Assembly (NCBI GenBank): GCA_036380955.1 | Contig: DASVDT010000011.1 | Location: 1,985-65,984 of the forward strand | Length of the DNA: 64,000 nucleotides | DNA from: Candidatus Limnocylindria bacterium | GTDB lineage: Bacteria > Chloroflexota > Limnocylindria > QHBO01 | Direction: 5' to 3' | Shown here: one piece after another, positions 12,525 through 23,190 of the stretch | How the letters are laid out: each line of letters begins with the position of its first letter | Numbering within the stretch: position 1 is the stretch's first letter | The notes under the pieces: model-generated | What the model was told of the DNA's origin: nothing | Databases searched by the model: none | The model's input: the letters and a program-made list of their open reading frames with translations, nothing else | Made by a program: the position numbers and the translations under genes

Positions 12525-13055
12525 GTGACCGTCTCCAGCGTCGACGACCTTCGCGCCATGATCCGCGAGGTGCCGGACTTCCCCAAGCCAGGGATCCGCT
12601 TCTACGACATCACCACGCTGCTGAAGCAACCCGACGCCTTCCGCGAGGTCATCGATCGCATGGCGGACCAGGTCGGTGACACGCGCGTGGACCTGGTGGT
12701 CGGCATGGAGTCGCGCGGCTTCATCTTCTCGGCGCCGCTGGCCTACAAGCTCGGTGCTGGATTCGTTCCGGTCCGCAAGCTCGGCAAGCTCCCGGCCGAG
12801 ACGATCGAGGTCGAGTACGAGCTCGAATACGGCACCGCGACGCTCGAGATCCACTCGGATGCCATCGAGAAGGGGCAGCGCGTCCTGATCGTCGACGATC
12901 TCCTCGCCACCGGCGGCACCGTGATGGGCACCATCGAGCTGGTGCGACGCCTGGGCGGTGAGATCGCCGGGCTCTCGTTCATGGTCGAGCTGTCGGCGCT
13001 GAACGGGCGCGACAAGCTCGGCGAGTTCGAGATTCACACCCTCCTGAGCTACTGA
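12525..13055 (+). CDS. apt: Adenine phosphoribosyltransferase
   Basis: [12 protein letters not shown] and PRPP-binding loop [13 protein letters not shown]. Confidence 0.95.
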   Translation: MTVSSVDDLRAMIREVPDFPKPGIRFYDITTLLKQPDAFREVIDRMADQVGDTRVDLVVGMESRGFIFSAPLAYKLGAGFVPVRKLGKLPAETIEVEYELEYGTATLEIHSDAIEKGQRVLIVDDLLATGGTVMGTIELVRRLGGEIAGLSFMVELSALNGRDKLGEFEIHTLLSY

Positions 13056-13075
13056 CCGCCGGGGCACCGATACCG

Positions 13076-13936
13076 ATGGCGGTCGCGGCAACCCATCGGC
13101 TCCGCGCCCGCGCGGTGGGGGATCGGGGTGAGATCGCGGCCTTCCTGCGTCGTGATCGGCTCTATGCCGCCTACGCGCTCGGCGACCTGGACGGCCCGAA
13201 CCGCGCGCGGGTGGCGTGGGCGATGGCCTACGACGACGCCGGCAGGCCGACCGCACTGGCGATGCACCACGAGGGTCTCGTGCCCCAGCCGCTCTTCCTG
13301 ATGGGCGCCAACGACGGCTGCCACGCGATCCTCGAGAGCGTCCTCAAGCCGCGCGACGCCTATCTCCAGGGCACCGAGCTGCACGAGGCCGCGGTCCGCG
13401 ACCTGTACGAGCTCGACGCCCCGCTCCGCATGCTGCGGATGGTGGTCGGCCGCGACACCTTCACGCCCTTCGCCGGTCCGGCCGAGCGGCTGACCGCGCT
13501 CGACATCGACGACCTGAACCGCCTGTATCAGCTCGGCTTTCGAGCGGGCTTCCCGGGCTCCGTGGTGGAGGAGGGCGTGTACTACGGCGTCCGCGTGCGC
13601 GGCCGCCTGGTGAGCGCCGCCGGCACGCACGCCATCAACCCGCGTGAGGGGATCGCCGTCGTCGGCAACGTCATGACCCACGCCGACTTCCGCGGACACG
13701 ACTTCGCGAAGATGGTGACGAGCGCCGTGACGAGCGAGCTGCTCGACCACGTCCCGGACGTCGCCCTCAACGTCCACGCCGATAACGAACCCGCCGTCGC
13801 GGCCTACACCCGCCTCGGCTACCGTACCCACTGCCAGCTCATCGAGCGCCTCGCACGACGGCGCGCCGGTGGCTGGGGACTGATGCGACCGATACGAGAG
13901 GCGATGCGAATCCCGTGGCAACGCGAATCGAGATGA
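13076..13936 (+). CDS. GNAT-family acetyltransferase-like protein
   Basis: The C-terminal half resembles a GNAT acetyl-CoA binding core ([20 protein letters not shown] ... AYTRLGY). No specific function can be assigned. Confidence 0.65.
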   Translation: MAVAATHRLRARAVGDRGEIAAFLRRDRLYAAYALGDLDGPNRARVAWAMAYDDAGRPTALAMHHEGLVPQPLFLMGANDGCHAILESVLKPRDAYLQGTELHEAAVRDLYELDAPLRMLRMVVGRDTFTPFAGPAERLTALDIDDLNRLYQLGFRAGFPGSVVEEGVYYGVRVRGRLVSAAGTHAINPREGIAVVGNVMTHADFRGHDFAKMVTSAVTSELLDHVPDVALNVHADNEPAVAAYTRLGYRTHCQLIERLARRRAGGWGLMRPIREAMRIPWQRESR

Positions 13937-15192
13937 AGACGTCGGACGTCGCCGACATCGGCCTGGCCGATGCCGGGCGGCTCAAGATCGAATGGGCGGA
14001 TCGCCAGATGCCGGTGCTGGCCGGCATCCGCGAGCGATTTGCCACCGAACGCCCGCTGGAGGGGTGGCGCATCAGCGCCTGCCTGCACGTCACCGCGGAG
14101 ACGGCCAACCTGATGCGCACGCTCGCCGACGGTGGGGCCGATGCCGTCCTGTGCTCGTCGAACCCGCTCTCGACCCAGGACGACGTGGCGGCCTCGCTGG
14201 TGACTCACTACGGCATCCCGACCTACGCCATCAAGGGCGAGGATCGCGAGTCCTACTACGCCCACATCGGCGCTGCCCTCGACCACCGGCCGGAGGTGAC
14301 GATGGACGACGGGGCCGACCTGGTGAACGAGCTGCACACGAACCGTCGCGAGCTGCTCGATGGCGTGGTGGGCGGCACGGAGGAGACGACCACCGGCGTC
14401 ATCCGGCTGCGCGCCATGGCGAACGCGGGCAAGCTGGCGTACCCCGTGGTCGCCGTCAACGAGGCGCTCACCAAGCACCTCTTCGACAACCGCTACGGCA
14501 CCGGCCAGAGCGCGATCGACGGCGTGCTGCGCGCAACGAACATCCTGTTCGCCGGCAAGACGGTGGTCATCGGCGGCTACGGATGGGTCGGCAGGGGCAT
14601 CGCCTCCCGCGCGCACGGCATGGGCGCCAACGTCGTGGTCGTGGAGGTCGATCCGATCCGCGGCCTCGAGGCGGCCATGGACGGCTTCCGCGTCATGAAC
14701 GCCGCCGATGCCGCACGCGTCGGGGACCTCTTCATCAGCGGCACCGGCAACCTCAACGTCTGGGGCCGCGACCACTTCCCCATCATGCGCGACGGCGCCA
14801 TCCTGGCCAACGCCGGCCACTTCAACGACGAGTTCGAGCTCGCCGCCCTCGAGGAGCAGTCGTCATCGTCGCGCGAGGTCCGCCCATTCACCCGCGAGTA
14901 CCTCATGCCCGACGGCCGTCGCATCTACGTCCTGGCCGATGGGCGCCTCGTCAACCTCGGCGCCGCCGAAGGACACCCGGCGATGGTCATGGACATGAGC
15001 TTCGCCAACCAGGCGCTGGGGCTCGAGTGGCTGCGCGCGCACGTCGGGGAGCTGGAGCCGATGGTCTACGGCATCCCGGACGACATCGACCGCGAGGTCG
15101 CGCGCCTCAAGCTGGAGAGCATGGGCATCCGCATCGACCCGATGACGGCCGAGCAGCAGGCGTACAGCGAGTCCTGGGAGTCGGGCACGTAA
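13933..15192 (+). CDS. ahcY: Adenosylhomocysteinase
   Basis: SAH hydrolase motifs ([20 protein letters not shown] site GGYGWVGRG). ATGA overlap with the upstream stop codon. Confidence 0.95.
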   Translation: MKTSDVADIGLADAGRLKIEWADRQMPVLAGIRERFATERPLEGWRISACLHVTAETANLMRTLADGGADAVLCSSNPLSTQDDVAASLVTHYGIPTYAIKGEDRESYYAHIGAALDHRPEVTMDDGADLVNELHTNRRELLDGVVGGTEETTTGVIRLRAMANAGKLAYPVVAVNEALTKHLFDNRYGTGQSAIDGVLRATNILFAGKTVVIGGYGWVGRGIASRAHGMGANVVVVEVDPIRGLEAAMDGFRVMNAADAARVGDLFISGTGNLNVWGRDHFPIMRDGAILANAGHFNDEFELAALEEQSSSSREVRPFTREYLMPDGRRIYVLADGRLVNLGAAEGHPAMVMDMSFANQALGLEWLRAHVGELEPMVYGIPDDIDREVARLKLESMGIRIDPMTAEQQAYSESWESGT

Positions 15193-15243
15193 CGGTCGTT
15201 CCGGAAAAATAAAGGTTCTCCAGATGCGCGGGCGCCGCCTTTA

Positions 15244-15317
15244 GGGGTACCGTGGGGCCATGGGGATGGCCCGGGGGGAGACGCGCGGTGACCGGGGCAC
15301 CGGGGGAGCAAGGGGGG
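15244..15317 (+). other. Cluster of seven G4-G6 tracts (potential G-quadruplex)
   Basis: GGGG at 15244, 15254, 15262 and 15294; GGGGG at 15302; GGGGGG at 15273 and 15312. The first four are separated by 6, 4 and 7 nt. Confidence 0.6.
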
Positions 15318-15444
15318 AACCGGTCGCCCGCTTGGCCATCTCTCTTCTTCTGTCTTCCACCCGGCGCCCGATGGACGCTCCGTCGTTCCGACAGGCACGC
15401 ACGCACTGACGGATCTGGCGCCCGCTGGGCGCTGCGCCCGAGGC

Positions 15445-18400
15445 GTGTTCGAGGCTTCGATGGCTATGATCCCCACCATGCCCCGCGTCAGCAGCCCCGT
15501 CTTCGTGGGCCGCGCCGCCGAGATCGGCCGTCTGACCGACGCGCTCGCGCACGCTCGCGCGTATCGGCCGGCGGCACGCCTGATCGCGGGCGAGGCCGGT
15601 ATCGGCAAGACGCGCCTCGTCAGCGAGTTCGCCGACCAGGCCCGCGCCGCGGGGGCTCAGGTGCTGCTGGGCGGCTGCCTTCAGCTCGGCGAGACCGGGC
15701 TGCCATACACCCCGTTCGTCGGTGCGCTTCGGCCGCTGCTGCGGTCGCTCCCGCCGGAGCGGCTGTCGGAGGTCATCGGCCCCGGCCGCGGTGAGCTGGC
15801 CAGGCTCCTTCCCGATCTCGGCCCGCCCGAGATGGGATCGGCAACGCGTCCCGACGGATCCGTCACCGGCACCGCCGCCCAGGCGCGGCTCTTCGAGATC
15901 ATCCTCGGCCTGCTCCGGCGGCTCTCGGACGAGCGCCCGGTCGTGGTGGTGCTCGAGGACATCCACTGGGCGGATGCGTCGACCCGCGACCTGCTGCGCT
16001 TCCTGGTTCGCAACCTGCGCGACGCACGCGTCCTCTTCGTCGCCACGTACCGCTCGGACGAGATGCACCGGCGCCACCCGTTGCGCCCGTTGCTCGCCGA
16101 GCTCGAGCGACTCGACAGCGTCGATGACATCGAGCTCGGTGCGTTCGGGCACGAGGACCTGGCCGAGCAGCTGGCGGGCATCACCGGCGAGCGTGCCGAG
16201 CCGGAGCTCGTCGACGCCGTTCTGGCCCGCTCCGGCGGCAACCCCTTCTTCGCCGAAGAGCTGATGGCCGCCGGCAAGGCCGGCCTTGCCCTGCCGCGGA
16301 GCCTGCGTGACACCCTGGAGGATCGAGTACGGCACCTCGACGACGAAGCGCAGCAGGTGCTGAAGATCGCCTCCGTCGCCGGAGAGCGCGTCGATCATCG
16401 GCTCCTCGCGGCGGTGGTCGAGCCGTCCGGCATCGACCTGACCGAGGCGCTGCGACAGGCCGTCGAGCACCACCTGCTCGTCCCATCCACGCCCGATCAG
16501 GCGCCCGGCTATGCGTTCCGGCACGCCCTGGTGCAGGAAGCCGTGTACGAGGACCTGCTGCCGTCGGAGCGCACGCAGATGCACGCGGCGTACGCGCAGG
16601 CCATCGAGGCGCACCCCGAGCTCACGCCGGGTGACCCCTCCGCTTCGGCGGCCCTCCTGGCGCATCACTGGTTCATGGCCCATGACCTCGAGCGCGCGCT
16701 GCCGGCGTCGCTCGAGGCGGCCCGCGCGGCGGCGAGCGGCTTTGCCTTCGCGGAGGCGCAGGCCTTCCTGGAGCGGGCACTCGAACTGTGGCCGAAGGTG
16801 CCGAGCGGTGTTCTGCCGGCCGGCGTCAGCCGCACGGTCATCCTCCAGGAGGCGGCCGAGGCGGCGGCGCAGTGCGGCGACCCTCGGCGTTCGATCGACC
16901 TGATCCGCGAGGCGCTCGGCGAGACGGACGCCGTCGCCGATCCGATGCGCGCCGGCGGCCTCCAGCATCGGCTGGCGTGGTACTTCAACGAGGCGGGGGA
17001 CTGGCAGGCCGGCGTCGTCGCCCTCGAGCGAGCAGTCGACCTCATCCCGATCGACCCACCCACCAGCCAACGCGCCCGCGTCGTCTCGGACCTTGCGCAT
17101 TCGCTCATGGTCCGGAGTCGGTTCAGCGAGTCGTTGGGATTGGCCGAGGCGGCGCTGGCCATTTCGCGCGCCGTCGGCGCCGAGGTGGCCGAGGCCAGGG
17201 CGCTCAATGCGCTCGGGTTGGACCTCGCGTCGCGCTCCGACTTCGAGCGCGGGCTGCCGATCCTGCGCGAGGGCCACGCCAAGGCGGTCGCACTCGGCGA
17301 TCCGCTGGCGGTGTACCTGACCGCCGTGGGCCTGGGCTGGGTGCTCGACGAGATGGCGCACCATGCCGAGTCGCTGGAGCTGGCGCTCGCCACGCTCGAC
17401 CGGCTGCGCGACCTCGGCGCCGAGGCTCGCTTCGGCGGCCAGATGACGTCGAAGGCGGCGCGCGCACTGTTCGATCTCGGCCGCTGGGACGAGGCCGCGA
17501 TCATGATCGACGAGGCCATCGCCTCGACCCCGACGCGCTACGCCATGCGCTGGCTCTTCTCGAATCGCATCCGGCTGCGGGTCGCGCGGGGCGACTTCGA
17601 CGGCGCGCGCGCCGACTTCGATGCGTACGAGTCCCTCGGCGAACGGGTCGTCAGTCCCGACCCCGACCTGCTGCACGCGCGACGAGCGGAGCTCGCCACC
17701 GCCTCGGGCGAGCCGGTTGTGGCGCGCGACATCGTGCGCGACACGTTTGCGCGAGTCATCGAGCCGGAGGTGGACACCGATGGCCGGGCCCTGCTGATGA
17801 TCGGGCTGCGGGCCGAGGCCGACGAGGCGGTTGCCGCACGCTCGGCGCGCGACCGGACTCGCGTTGCGGCGGCCGTCAAGCGCACCGCCGAGCTCGAGGC
17901 CGATCTCGGTCGCTACCTCGCTCGAGTCGGGGAGCTGACCGCGCGCCGCTCGCCGGTGATCGAGGCGGACGCGCTCCTGGCGATCGCCCTCGCCCAGCGA
18001 GCACGCGGCACGAACGACCCGGCGGCGTGGGATGCGGCGGTCGCAGCGCGGCGCGCGCTGGCACGGCCCTGGGAGCTCGCGGTCGTCCTGGCCGACGCGG
18101 CGGAGGTGCACCTGTCGCATCGCCGTCGAGACGACGGCGCCGCCGCCCTGGCCGAGGCCCATGCGATTGCGGTGGACCTGGCGGCCGCGCCGTTGCGGGC
18201 GCGGACCGAGGCACTAGCGCGCCGCGCGCGCATCGGCCTCGAGGGGGTCGATACCGCCGACGACGAGGCGGATCGGCTCGGCCTCACCCGCCGCGAGCGG
18301 GAGGTGCTGGAGCTGCTGGCCAGCGGCCAGAGCAATCGCCAGATCGGCGAGCAACTGTTCATGGCGGAGAGCACCGCCGGCGTTCACGTCAGCAACATCC

Positions 18401-18474
18401 TCGGCAAGCTCGGCGTCAGCCGGCGCCACGAAGCGGCCGCGGTGGCGCATCGGATCGGCCTGGGCGTCGGCTAG
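15445..18474 (+). CDS. LAL-type (large ATP-binding LuxR family) transcriptional regulator
   Basis: Walker [11 protein letters not shown], Walker [12 protein letters not shown], a long helical/TPR-like middle and a C-terminal LuxR HTH ([45 protein letters not shown]). Several in-frame Met starts are possible. Confidence 0.85.
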   Translation: MFEASMAMIPTMPRVSSPVFVGRAAEIGRLTDALAHARAYRPAARLIAGEAGIGKTRLVSEFADQARAAGAQVLLGGCLQLGETGLPYTPFVGALRPLLRSLPPERLSEVIGPGRGELARLLPDLGPPEMGSATRPDGSVTGTAAQARLFEIILGLLRRLSDERPVVVVLEDIHWADASTRDLLRFLVRNLRDARVLFVATYRSDEMHRRHPLRPLLAELERLDSVDDIELGAFGHEDLAEQLAGITGERAEPELVDAVLARSGGNPFFAEELMAAGKAGLALPRSLRDTLEDRVRHLDDEAQQVLKIASVAGERVDHRLLAAVVEPSGIDLTEALRQAVEHHLLVPSTPDQAPGYAFRHALVQEAVYEDLLPSERTQMHAAYAQAIEAHPELTPGDPSASAALLAHHWFMAHDLERALPASLEAARAAASGFAFAEAQAFLERALELWPKVPSGVLPAGVSRTVILQEAAEAAAQCGDPRRSIDLIREALGETDAVADPMRAGGLQHRLAWYFNEAGDWQAGVVALERAVDLIPIDPPTSQRARVVSDLAHSLMVRSRFSESLGLAEAALAISRAVGAEVAEARALNALGLDLASRSDFERGLPILREGHAKAVALGDPLAVYLTAVGLGWVLDEMAHHAESLELALATLDRLRDLGAEARFGGQMTSKAARALFDLGRWDEAAIMIDEAIASTPTRYAMRWLFSNRIRLRVARGDFDGARADFDAYESLGERVVSPDPDLLHARRAELATASGEPVVARDIVRDTFARVIEPEVDTDGRALLMIGLRAEADEAVAARSARDRTRVAAAVKRTAELEADLGRYLARVGELTARRSPVIEADALLAIALAQRARGTNDPAAWDAAVAARRALARPWELAVVLADAAEVHLSHRRRDDGAAALAEAHAIAVDLAAAPLRARTEALARRARIGLEGVDTADDEADRLGLTRREREVLELLASGQSNRQIGEQLFMAESTAGVHVSNILGKLGVSRRHEAAAVAHRIGLGVG

Positions 18475-18530
18475 CCGCTAGCATCATCGGCGCTACACTC
18501 GCCGCCGAATCGCCGCCCCACGGGAGTTCC

Positions 18531-19721
18531 ATGCCAGAGTCCACCATCCCTACCCTGTTCACGTCCGAATCGGTCACCGAGGGTCATCCGGACAAGCTGT
18601 GCGACGCGGTCGCCGATGCGATCCTTGACGACGTCCTCGAGCACGATCCCGAGGCCCGCTGCGCGGTGGAAGTGGCCACCACCACCGGCCTGGTGATCGT
18701 GCTGGGAGAGGTGACCACCAAGCATTACGTGGACGTGCAGGACGTGGTGCGCCGGACCGTGCGCCAGATCGGCTACAACGACAGCCGGCTCGGGTTCGAC
18801 TGGGAGACGTGCGGCACCATGACCGCTATCAAGGAGCAGTCTCCCGACATCGCGCTCGGTGTCGACCACGCCCTCGAGGCGCGTGCCGGCGTCGAGGCCG
18901 ATGAGCTGGGTGCCGGCGACCAGGGGATGATGTTCGGCTACGCCAGCGACGAGTCGGACGAGCTGATGCCGATGCCGATCATGCTGGCCCATCGTGTCGC
19001 ACGCCGCCTGGCCGAGGTCAGGCGCGATGGCACCCTCCCGTACCTGCGGCCGGACGGGAAGAGCCAGGTGACGGTCGAGTACGACGCGGATGGCCGCCCG
19101 CGGCGGGTGCACACCGTGCTGGTCAGCACCCAGCACGACCCCGACGTCGACATGGACGAGCTGGCGGCCGCGATCCGTACCCACGTGGTCGAGGCGGCCA
19201 TCCCGGCCGAGCTGCTCGACGACGAGACGCGCCACCTGGTCAACCCCACCGGCCGCTTCGTCATCGGCGGACCGATGGGTGACTCGGGCCTCTCGGGCCG
19301 CAAGATCATCGTCGACACCTACGGTGGCATGGCGCGTCACGGCGGCGGCAGCTTCAGCGGCAAGGACCCGACGAAGGTCGATCGCTCCGGCGCCTACATG
19401 TCTCGCTACGTTGCCAAGAACGTCGTGGCGGCCGGGTTGGCGCGGCGGTGCGAGCTCCAGCTGGCGTACGCGATCGGCGTCGCGCATCCGCTTGCGATCA
19501 ACGTGCAGACGTGGGGCACCGGCACGCTGCCCGACGACCAGCTCGCCGCGCTGATCGAGCGCACCTTCGACCTGCGCCCGGGTGCGATCATTCGCGACCT
19601 CGACCTGCGCCGCCCGATCTATCGCCAGACGGCCGCCTACGGCCACTTTGGACGTGACGACCTCGATCTGCCCTGGGAGCGGGTCGATCGCGTGGACGAC
19701 CTGCGCGCCGCCGCCGGCTGA
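18531..19721 (+). CDS. metK: S-adenosylmethionine synthetase
   Basis: [25 protein letters not shown] and [16 protein letters not shown] motifs. The track ORF 16788..19721 is an N-terminal read-through. Confidence 0.95.
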   Translation: MPESTIPTLFTSESVTEGHPDKLCDAVADAILDDVLEHDPEARCAVEVATTTGLVIVLGEVTTKHYVDVQDVVRRTVRQIGYNDSRLGFDWETCGTMTAIKEQSPDIALGVDHALEARAGVEADELGAGDQGMMFGYASDESDELMPMPIMLAHRVARRLAEVRRDGTLPYLRPDGKSQVTVEYDADGRPRRVHTVLVSTQHDPDVDMDELAAAIRTHVVEAAIPAELLDDETRHLVNPTGRFVIGGPMGDSGLSGRKIIVDTYGGMARHGGGSFSGKDPTKVDRSGAYMSRYVAKNVVAAGLARRCELQLAYAIGVAHPLAINVQTWGTGTLPDDQLAALIERTFDLRPGAIIRDLDLRRPIYRQTAAYGHFGRDDLDLPWERVDRVDDLRAAAG

Positions 19722-19724
19722 CCG

Positions 19725-20375
19725 ATGCATGCCGGGCACGCGCACTCGCCCTCGCACGAGCGCCCGGCCTGGGGCGAGCCTCCCCGCGGACGGCTCGGCC
19801 GCTGGCTCGAGCAGATTCGCGCCTCGTTCGGGGTCGCTGAGCGCTCGCCGGTGGCTGGGCTGCGCGAGCTCCCCGTCGCGCTGCGCCGCGGCCCGCTGGC
19901 GCCCGCGTACCTCGATGCCGCCCACGACCGCGACCATGCCAGAGCCGCATCGGTGGCCGTCGAGGCGATGGAGCGGGCAATCACGCTGGGCGAGTGGTGG
20001 CCGGCCGACGTGTGGGCACACCGTGCCCTGTGGCACTTCGAGCAGGCCGGCGAGGCACTCGAGGCGACGCGCCAGGCGCGGCGCATCGGCGACCTGCGCG
20101 CTGCGGCTGGTGATCCGGCGAGCGCGCGTCAGTACTATGCCGAGGCGATCGACGAGGCCCGCGACATCGGCGCCGAGCAGGAGCAGGGCCTCGCCGCGGT
20201 CGGCCTCGGGAGGGCGCTGATGGAGCTCGGAGACGTGACCTCGGCCCGGCGCCTTGCCTCGGCCGCAGTCGACCTGCTCGAGCGGGCAGCCGCCCCGGCC
20301 GCACAGATCGAGCAGGCCAGGAAGCTGCTCGGTGATGAGCGGCCGGTTGGCGAGGGAGCGGAGGACGACCGATGA
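19725..20375 (+). CDS. Hypothetical protein, helical/TPR-like
   Basis: Coding-like GC3 pattern and ATGA overlap with proC. Ala/Leu/Glu/Arg-rich helical repeats. No recognisable catalytic motif. Confidence 0.5.
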   Translation: MHAGHAHSPSHERPAWGEPPRGRLGRWLEQIRASFGVAERSPVAGLRELPVALRRGPLAPAYLDAAHDRDHARAASVAVEAMERAITLGEWWPADVWAHRALWHFEQAGEALEATRQARRIGDLRAAAGDPASARQYYAEAIDEARDIGAEQEQGLAAVGLGRALMELGDVTSARRLASAAVDLLERAAAPAAQIEQARKLLGDERPVGEGAEDDR

Positions 20376-21220
20376 CACGCCGGACGATGCGGGTCGGGAT
20401 CGTGGGCGCCGGGGTGATGGCCGAGGCGATCATTTCGGGGCTCATCGCCGATCGCGCGGTGCAGGCCGCACAGCTCATCGCCTCGCACCCCAGGCGTGAG
20501 CGGCGCGACGTCCTGGCCGAGCGCCACGGCATCCATCCGGTTGCCACCAACCGGGAGGCACTGGCCGATGCCCAGGTGGTCGTCATCGCGGTCAAGCCGC
20601 AGATGCTCGGCCGCGTCATGCGCGAGCTACGCGGACGGCTCGACGCCGAACAGGTCGTCGTGTCGATCGTGGCCGGTGCCACCATTCGGACGCTGGTCGA
20701 CGGGCTCCAGCACGCGGCCGTTGTCCGCGCGATGCCGAACACGCCGAGCCAGATTCGGCGGGGCATCACCGTGTGGAGCGCGTCGGAGGCGTGCAGCGCG
20801 GCGCAGCGTGACCTCGCCCGCGGGGTGCTCCGAGCGCTCGGAGAGGAACGACAGGTTGCCGACGAGGCCTTCGTGGCCATGGCCACCGCGCTGTCCGGGA
20901 CGGGGCCGACCTACCTGTTCGCGGTCATGGAGGCGCTCATCGACGCCGGCGTGCACCTCGGGTTCCCGCGCGAGCTCGCGCACGACCTCGTGGTCGACAC
21001 GCTCGTTGGATCGGCCGAGTTCGCGCGCCAGTCGGAGCTCCATCCAGCACAGCTCCGTAACGCCGTGACCTCTCCGGGCGGCACGAGCGCGGCCGCCATC
21101 TACGAGCTGGAGAAGGGCCGCATCCGAACCGTCTTCTCCGATGCGGTCTGGGCCGCCTATCGGCGCACGCTCGAGCTTGGCGAGGCTTTGGACGCGGAGG
21201 TCGCGCGCGACCCCTCCTGA
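20372..21220 (+). CDS. proC: Pyrroline-5-carboxylate reductase
   Basis: N-terminal NADP fold VGIVGAGVMAEAI and C-terminal SPGGTSAAAIYELEKG. The real start may be the Met at MRVGIVG. Confidence 0.9.
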   Translation: MTRRTMRVGIVGAGVMAEAIISGLIADRAVQAAQLIASHPRRERRDVLAERHGIHPVATNREALADAQVVVIAVKPQMLGRVMRELRGRLDAEQVVVSIVAGATIRTLVDGLQHAAVVRAMPNTPSQIRRGITVWSASEACSAAQRDLARGVLRALGEERQVADEAFVAMATALSGTGPTYLFAVMEALIDAGVHLGFPRELAHDLVVDTLVGSAEFARQSELHPAQLRNAVTSPGGTSAAAIYELEKGRIRTVFSDAVWAAYRRTLELGEALDAEVARDPS

Positions 21221-21294
21221 AGGCGGACCGATGGGCCGCTGATAAGCGCCTGGTAACCGGCTGGTAAGCGCCCTTCTGCCATGTTGTGCCGGGC

Positions 21295-21323
21295 AGCAGT
21301 GTTCAAGACTCTTGAACACTGCT
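21295..21323. promoter_or_regulatory. 29-bp perfect palindrome AGCAGTGTTCAAGA-C-TCTTGAACACTGCT (operator or terminator stem)
   Basis: Read directly from the sequence. Two 14-nt arms are exact reverse complements around one central C. It is AT-richer than its surroundings and lies between proC and the manC-like gene. Confidence 0.6.
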
Positions 21324-21413
21324 CCGACCGGTGTTGGGCGGAGCTCCAAATAGTCCACCACCGAACCAGCAGAGGCACCGGGGCAGCGTCGGCCTCTGCT
21401 AGCCTCGCAGCGC

Positions 21414-22484
21414 ATGTTCGCGATCATCATGGCCGGCGGGGCAGGCACGCGGCTCTGGCCGCTGTCTCGGCGCGGCACCCCGAAGCAGCTCCTGGCGCTG
21501 ACCGGCGACACCAGCCTGTTGCAGCAGACAGTGGGACGCCTGCAGACGCTGCTCAAGCCGCACGACATCTACGTCATCACCAGCCAGGCACACGTCCGCG
21601 CGACACAGGAGCAGCTCCCGCACATCCCGCGCGACAACGTGCTCGGCGAGCCGCTCGCGCGCTCGACCGCCGTCGCCGCGGCACTCGCGACGGTCATGGC
21701 CAGGCGGGAGAGCGACGAGGTTGCCCTCGTCCTGCCGGCCGACCACTTCATCGCCGACGAGGATGCCTTCGCCGCGGGGCTGCGCGAAGCGTCCCGAGCG
21801 GCGGAGCGCGGCTACCTCGTCACTCTCGGCGTCGTCCCGACCCATGCCGCCACCGGCTACGGGTACATCAAGGCCGCCGCGCCGCTCCACGCCTCGAGCC
21901 GCACCGCCCTCGTCGAGCGCTTCGTCGAGAAGCCGGATGCGCCCACCGCCGACGCATTCATCGCGGAGGGCGGGTACTACTGGAATTCCGGAATCTTCGT
22001 CTGGCGGGTGTACGCGTTTCGCCAGGCGATCGAGCGCTTCCAGCCGAAGCTCGGCGCGGCGCTGGATCGGATCGAGGGGCTCCATCGCGTCCCGGGCTGG
22101 CTGAGCGAGGTCCGCGACATCCTGGAGGAGGTGCCGGCCATCAGCATCGACGTCGGGATCGCCGAGGCCGCCGCGGCGGAGGGCCGCATGGCGGTCGTGC
22201 CGCTCGAAGCCGGCTGGTCCGACATCGGCTCGTGGTCGTCGCTGCTCGAGGCCCTCTCGGCGGCGGAGGGCAAGGATCTCGTGGCGAGCGGACGCCACCT
22301 CGACCGGGACTCGCATCGCGTCCTGGTTCACGGCGGCGATCGGCTGGTGGTGACCGTTGGGCTGGAGGACGTGATCATCGTCGACACGCCGGACGCATTG
22401 CTCGTCTGCAGCCGCGATCGCGCCGAGGAGATCAAGCCGGTGCTCGACGAGATCGCCCGCACGGCCGGCGATCGCTACCTCTGA
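21414..22484 (+). CDS. Mannose-1-phosphate guanylyltransferase (NTP-transferase domain only)
   Basis: MAGGAGTRLWPLSRRGTPKQLL nucleotidyltransferase signature. At 356 aa it has no C-terminal cupin isomerase domain. Confidence 0.85.
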   Translation: MFAIIMAGGAGTRLWPLSRRGTPKQLLALTGDTSLLQQTVGRLQTLLKPHDIYVITSQAHVRATQEQLPHIPRDNVLGEPLARSTAVAAALATVMARRESDEVALVLPADHFIADEDAFAAGLREASRAAERGYLVTLGVVPTHAATGYGYIKAAAPLHASSRTALVERFVEKPDAPTADAFIAEGGYYWNSGIFVWRVYAFRQAIERFQPKLGAALDRIEGLHRVPGWLSEVRDILEEVPAISIDVGIAEAAAAEGRMAVVPLEAGWSDIGSWSSLLEALSAAEGKDLVASGRHLDRDSHRVLVHGGDRLVVTVGLEDVIIVDTPDALLVCSRDRAEEIKPVLDEIARTAGDRYL

Positions 22485-22497
22485 CGCCCGAGGACCG

Positions 22498-23124
22498 ATG
22501 CGTCCGCTGGCGAAGCTGGTCGGCCTGGCCATGGCCGCATACGTCCGTCTGGTGGCGGCGACCTGCCGCCTGGACGGCAACGCACCCACCCAGGACCAGG
22601 TCGTGCTCGCCTTCTGGCACGAGTACAACCTCGCCGCCGCCGTCGCCGCGTGGCGCCTGCGACGCCGGCACCGTCACGTGAGCTTCAGCACGCAGACGTT
22701 TCGTGGCGACGTCATGAACGCGATGCTCGCGGCGCTCGACGCAGGCTCGGTGCCGCTGCCGGCCGAGGACGATCGCGCAGAGGCCGCCCGCCTGTCCCGT
22801 GAGCTGGCGCGGCTGGGTCGCGCGGGCGCCTCGCTGGCGGTCAGCCCGGATGGGCCGGCAGGCCCGTATCGGCACGCCAAGCCGGGTGCGTTGATCGTCG
22901 CCCGGGAGGCCGGCCTGCCGCTGCAGCCGTGGGCGGTCGCGGCGAGGCCGTCGTTCCGGCTGACCGGCCGCTGGGATCGCCACGTGGTGCCGCTGCCCTT
23001 CTGCCGGCTGCGGGTCGAGGAGGCCGCGCCGATCGTCGTCGGACCGCGCGACCGGCTCCGCCCGTTGGTGGATCGGTTGCAGGCGTCGCTCGACGACGTC
23101 GCGAGCCGAGCCCGATCGTTCTAG
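22498..23124 (+). CDS. DUF374 / lysophospholipid-acyltransferase-like protein
   Basis: FWH ... SPDGPAGP ... KPGALIVAREAGLPLQP pattern, as in the DUF374 family. Confidence 0.6.
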   Translation: MRPLAKLVGLAMAAYVRLVAATCRLDGNAPTQDQVVLAFWHEYNLAAAVAAWRLRRRHRHVSFSTQTFRGDVMNAMLAALDAGSVPLPAEDDRAEAARLSRELARLGRAGASLAVSPDGPAGPYRHAKPGALIVAREAGLPLQPWAVAARPSFRLTGRWDRHVVPLPFCRLRVEEAAPIVVGPRDRLRPLVDRLQASLDDVASRARSF

Positions 23125-23190
23125 GCGCCAAATGCCGGTACGATGGGTGCACACATCCGACCGATCCCGTAGACGAGTGCCCGCACGCAC

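Noticed and set aside
18475-18530. Possible SAM riboswitch upstream of metK.
   Set aside because: The intergenic gap is only 56 nt, and I could not find SAM-I, SAM-II or SAM-IV core elements there or in the end of the preceding gene.
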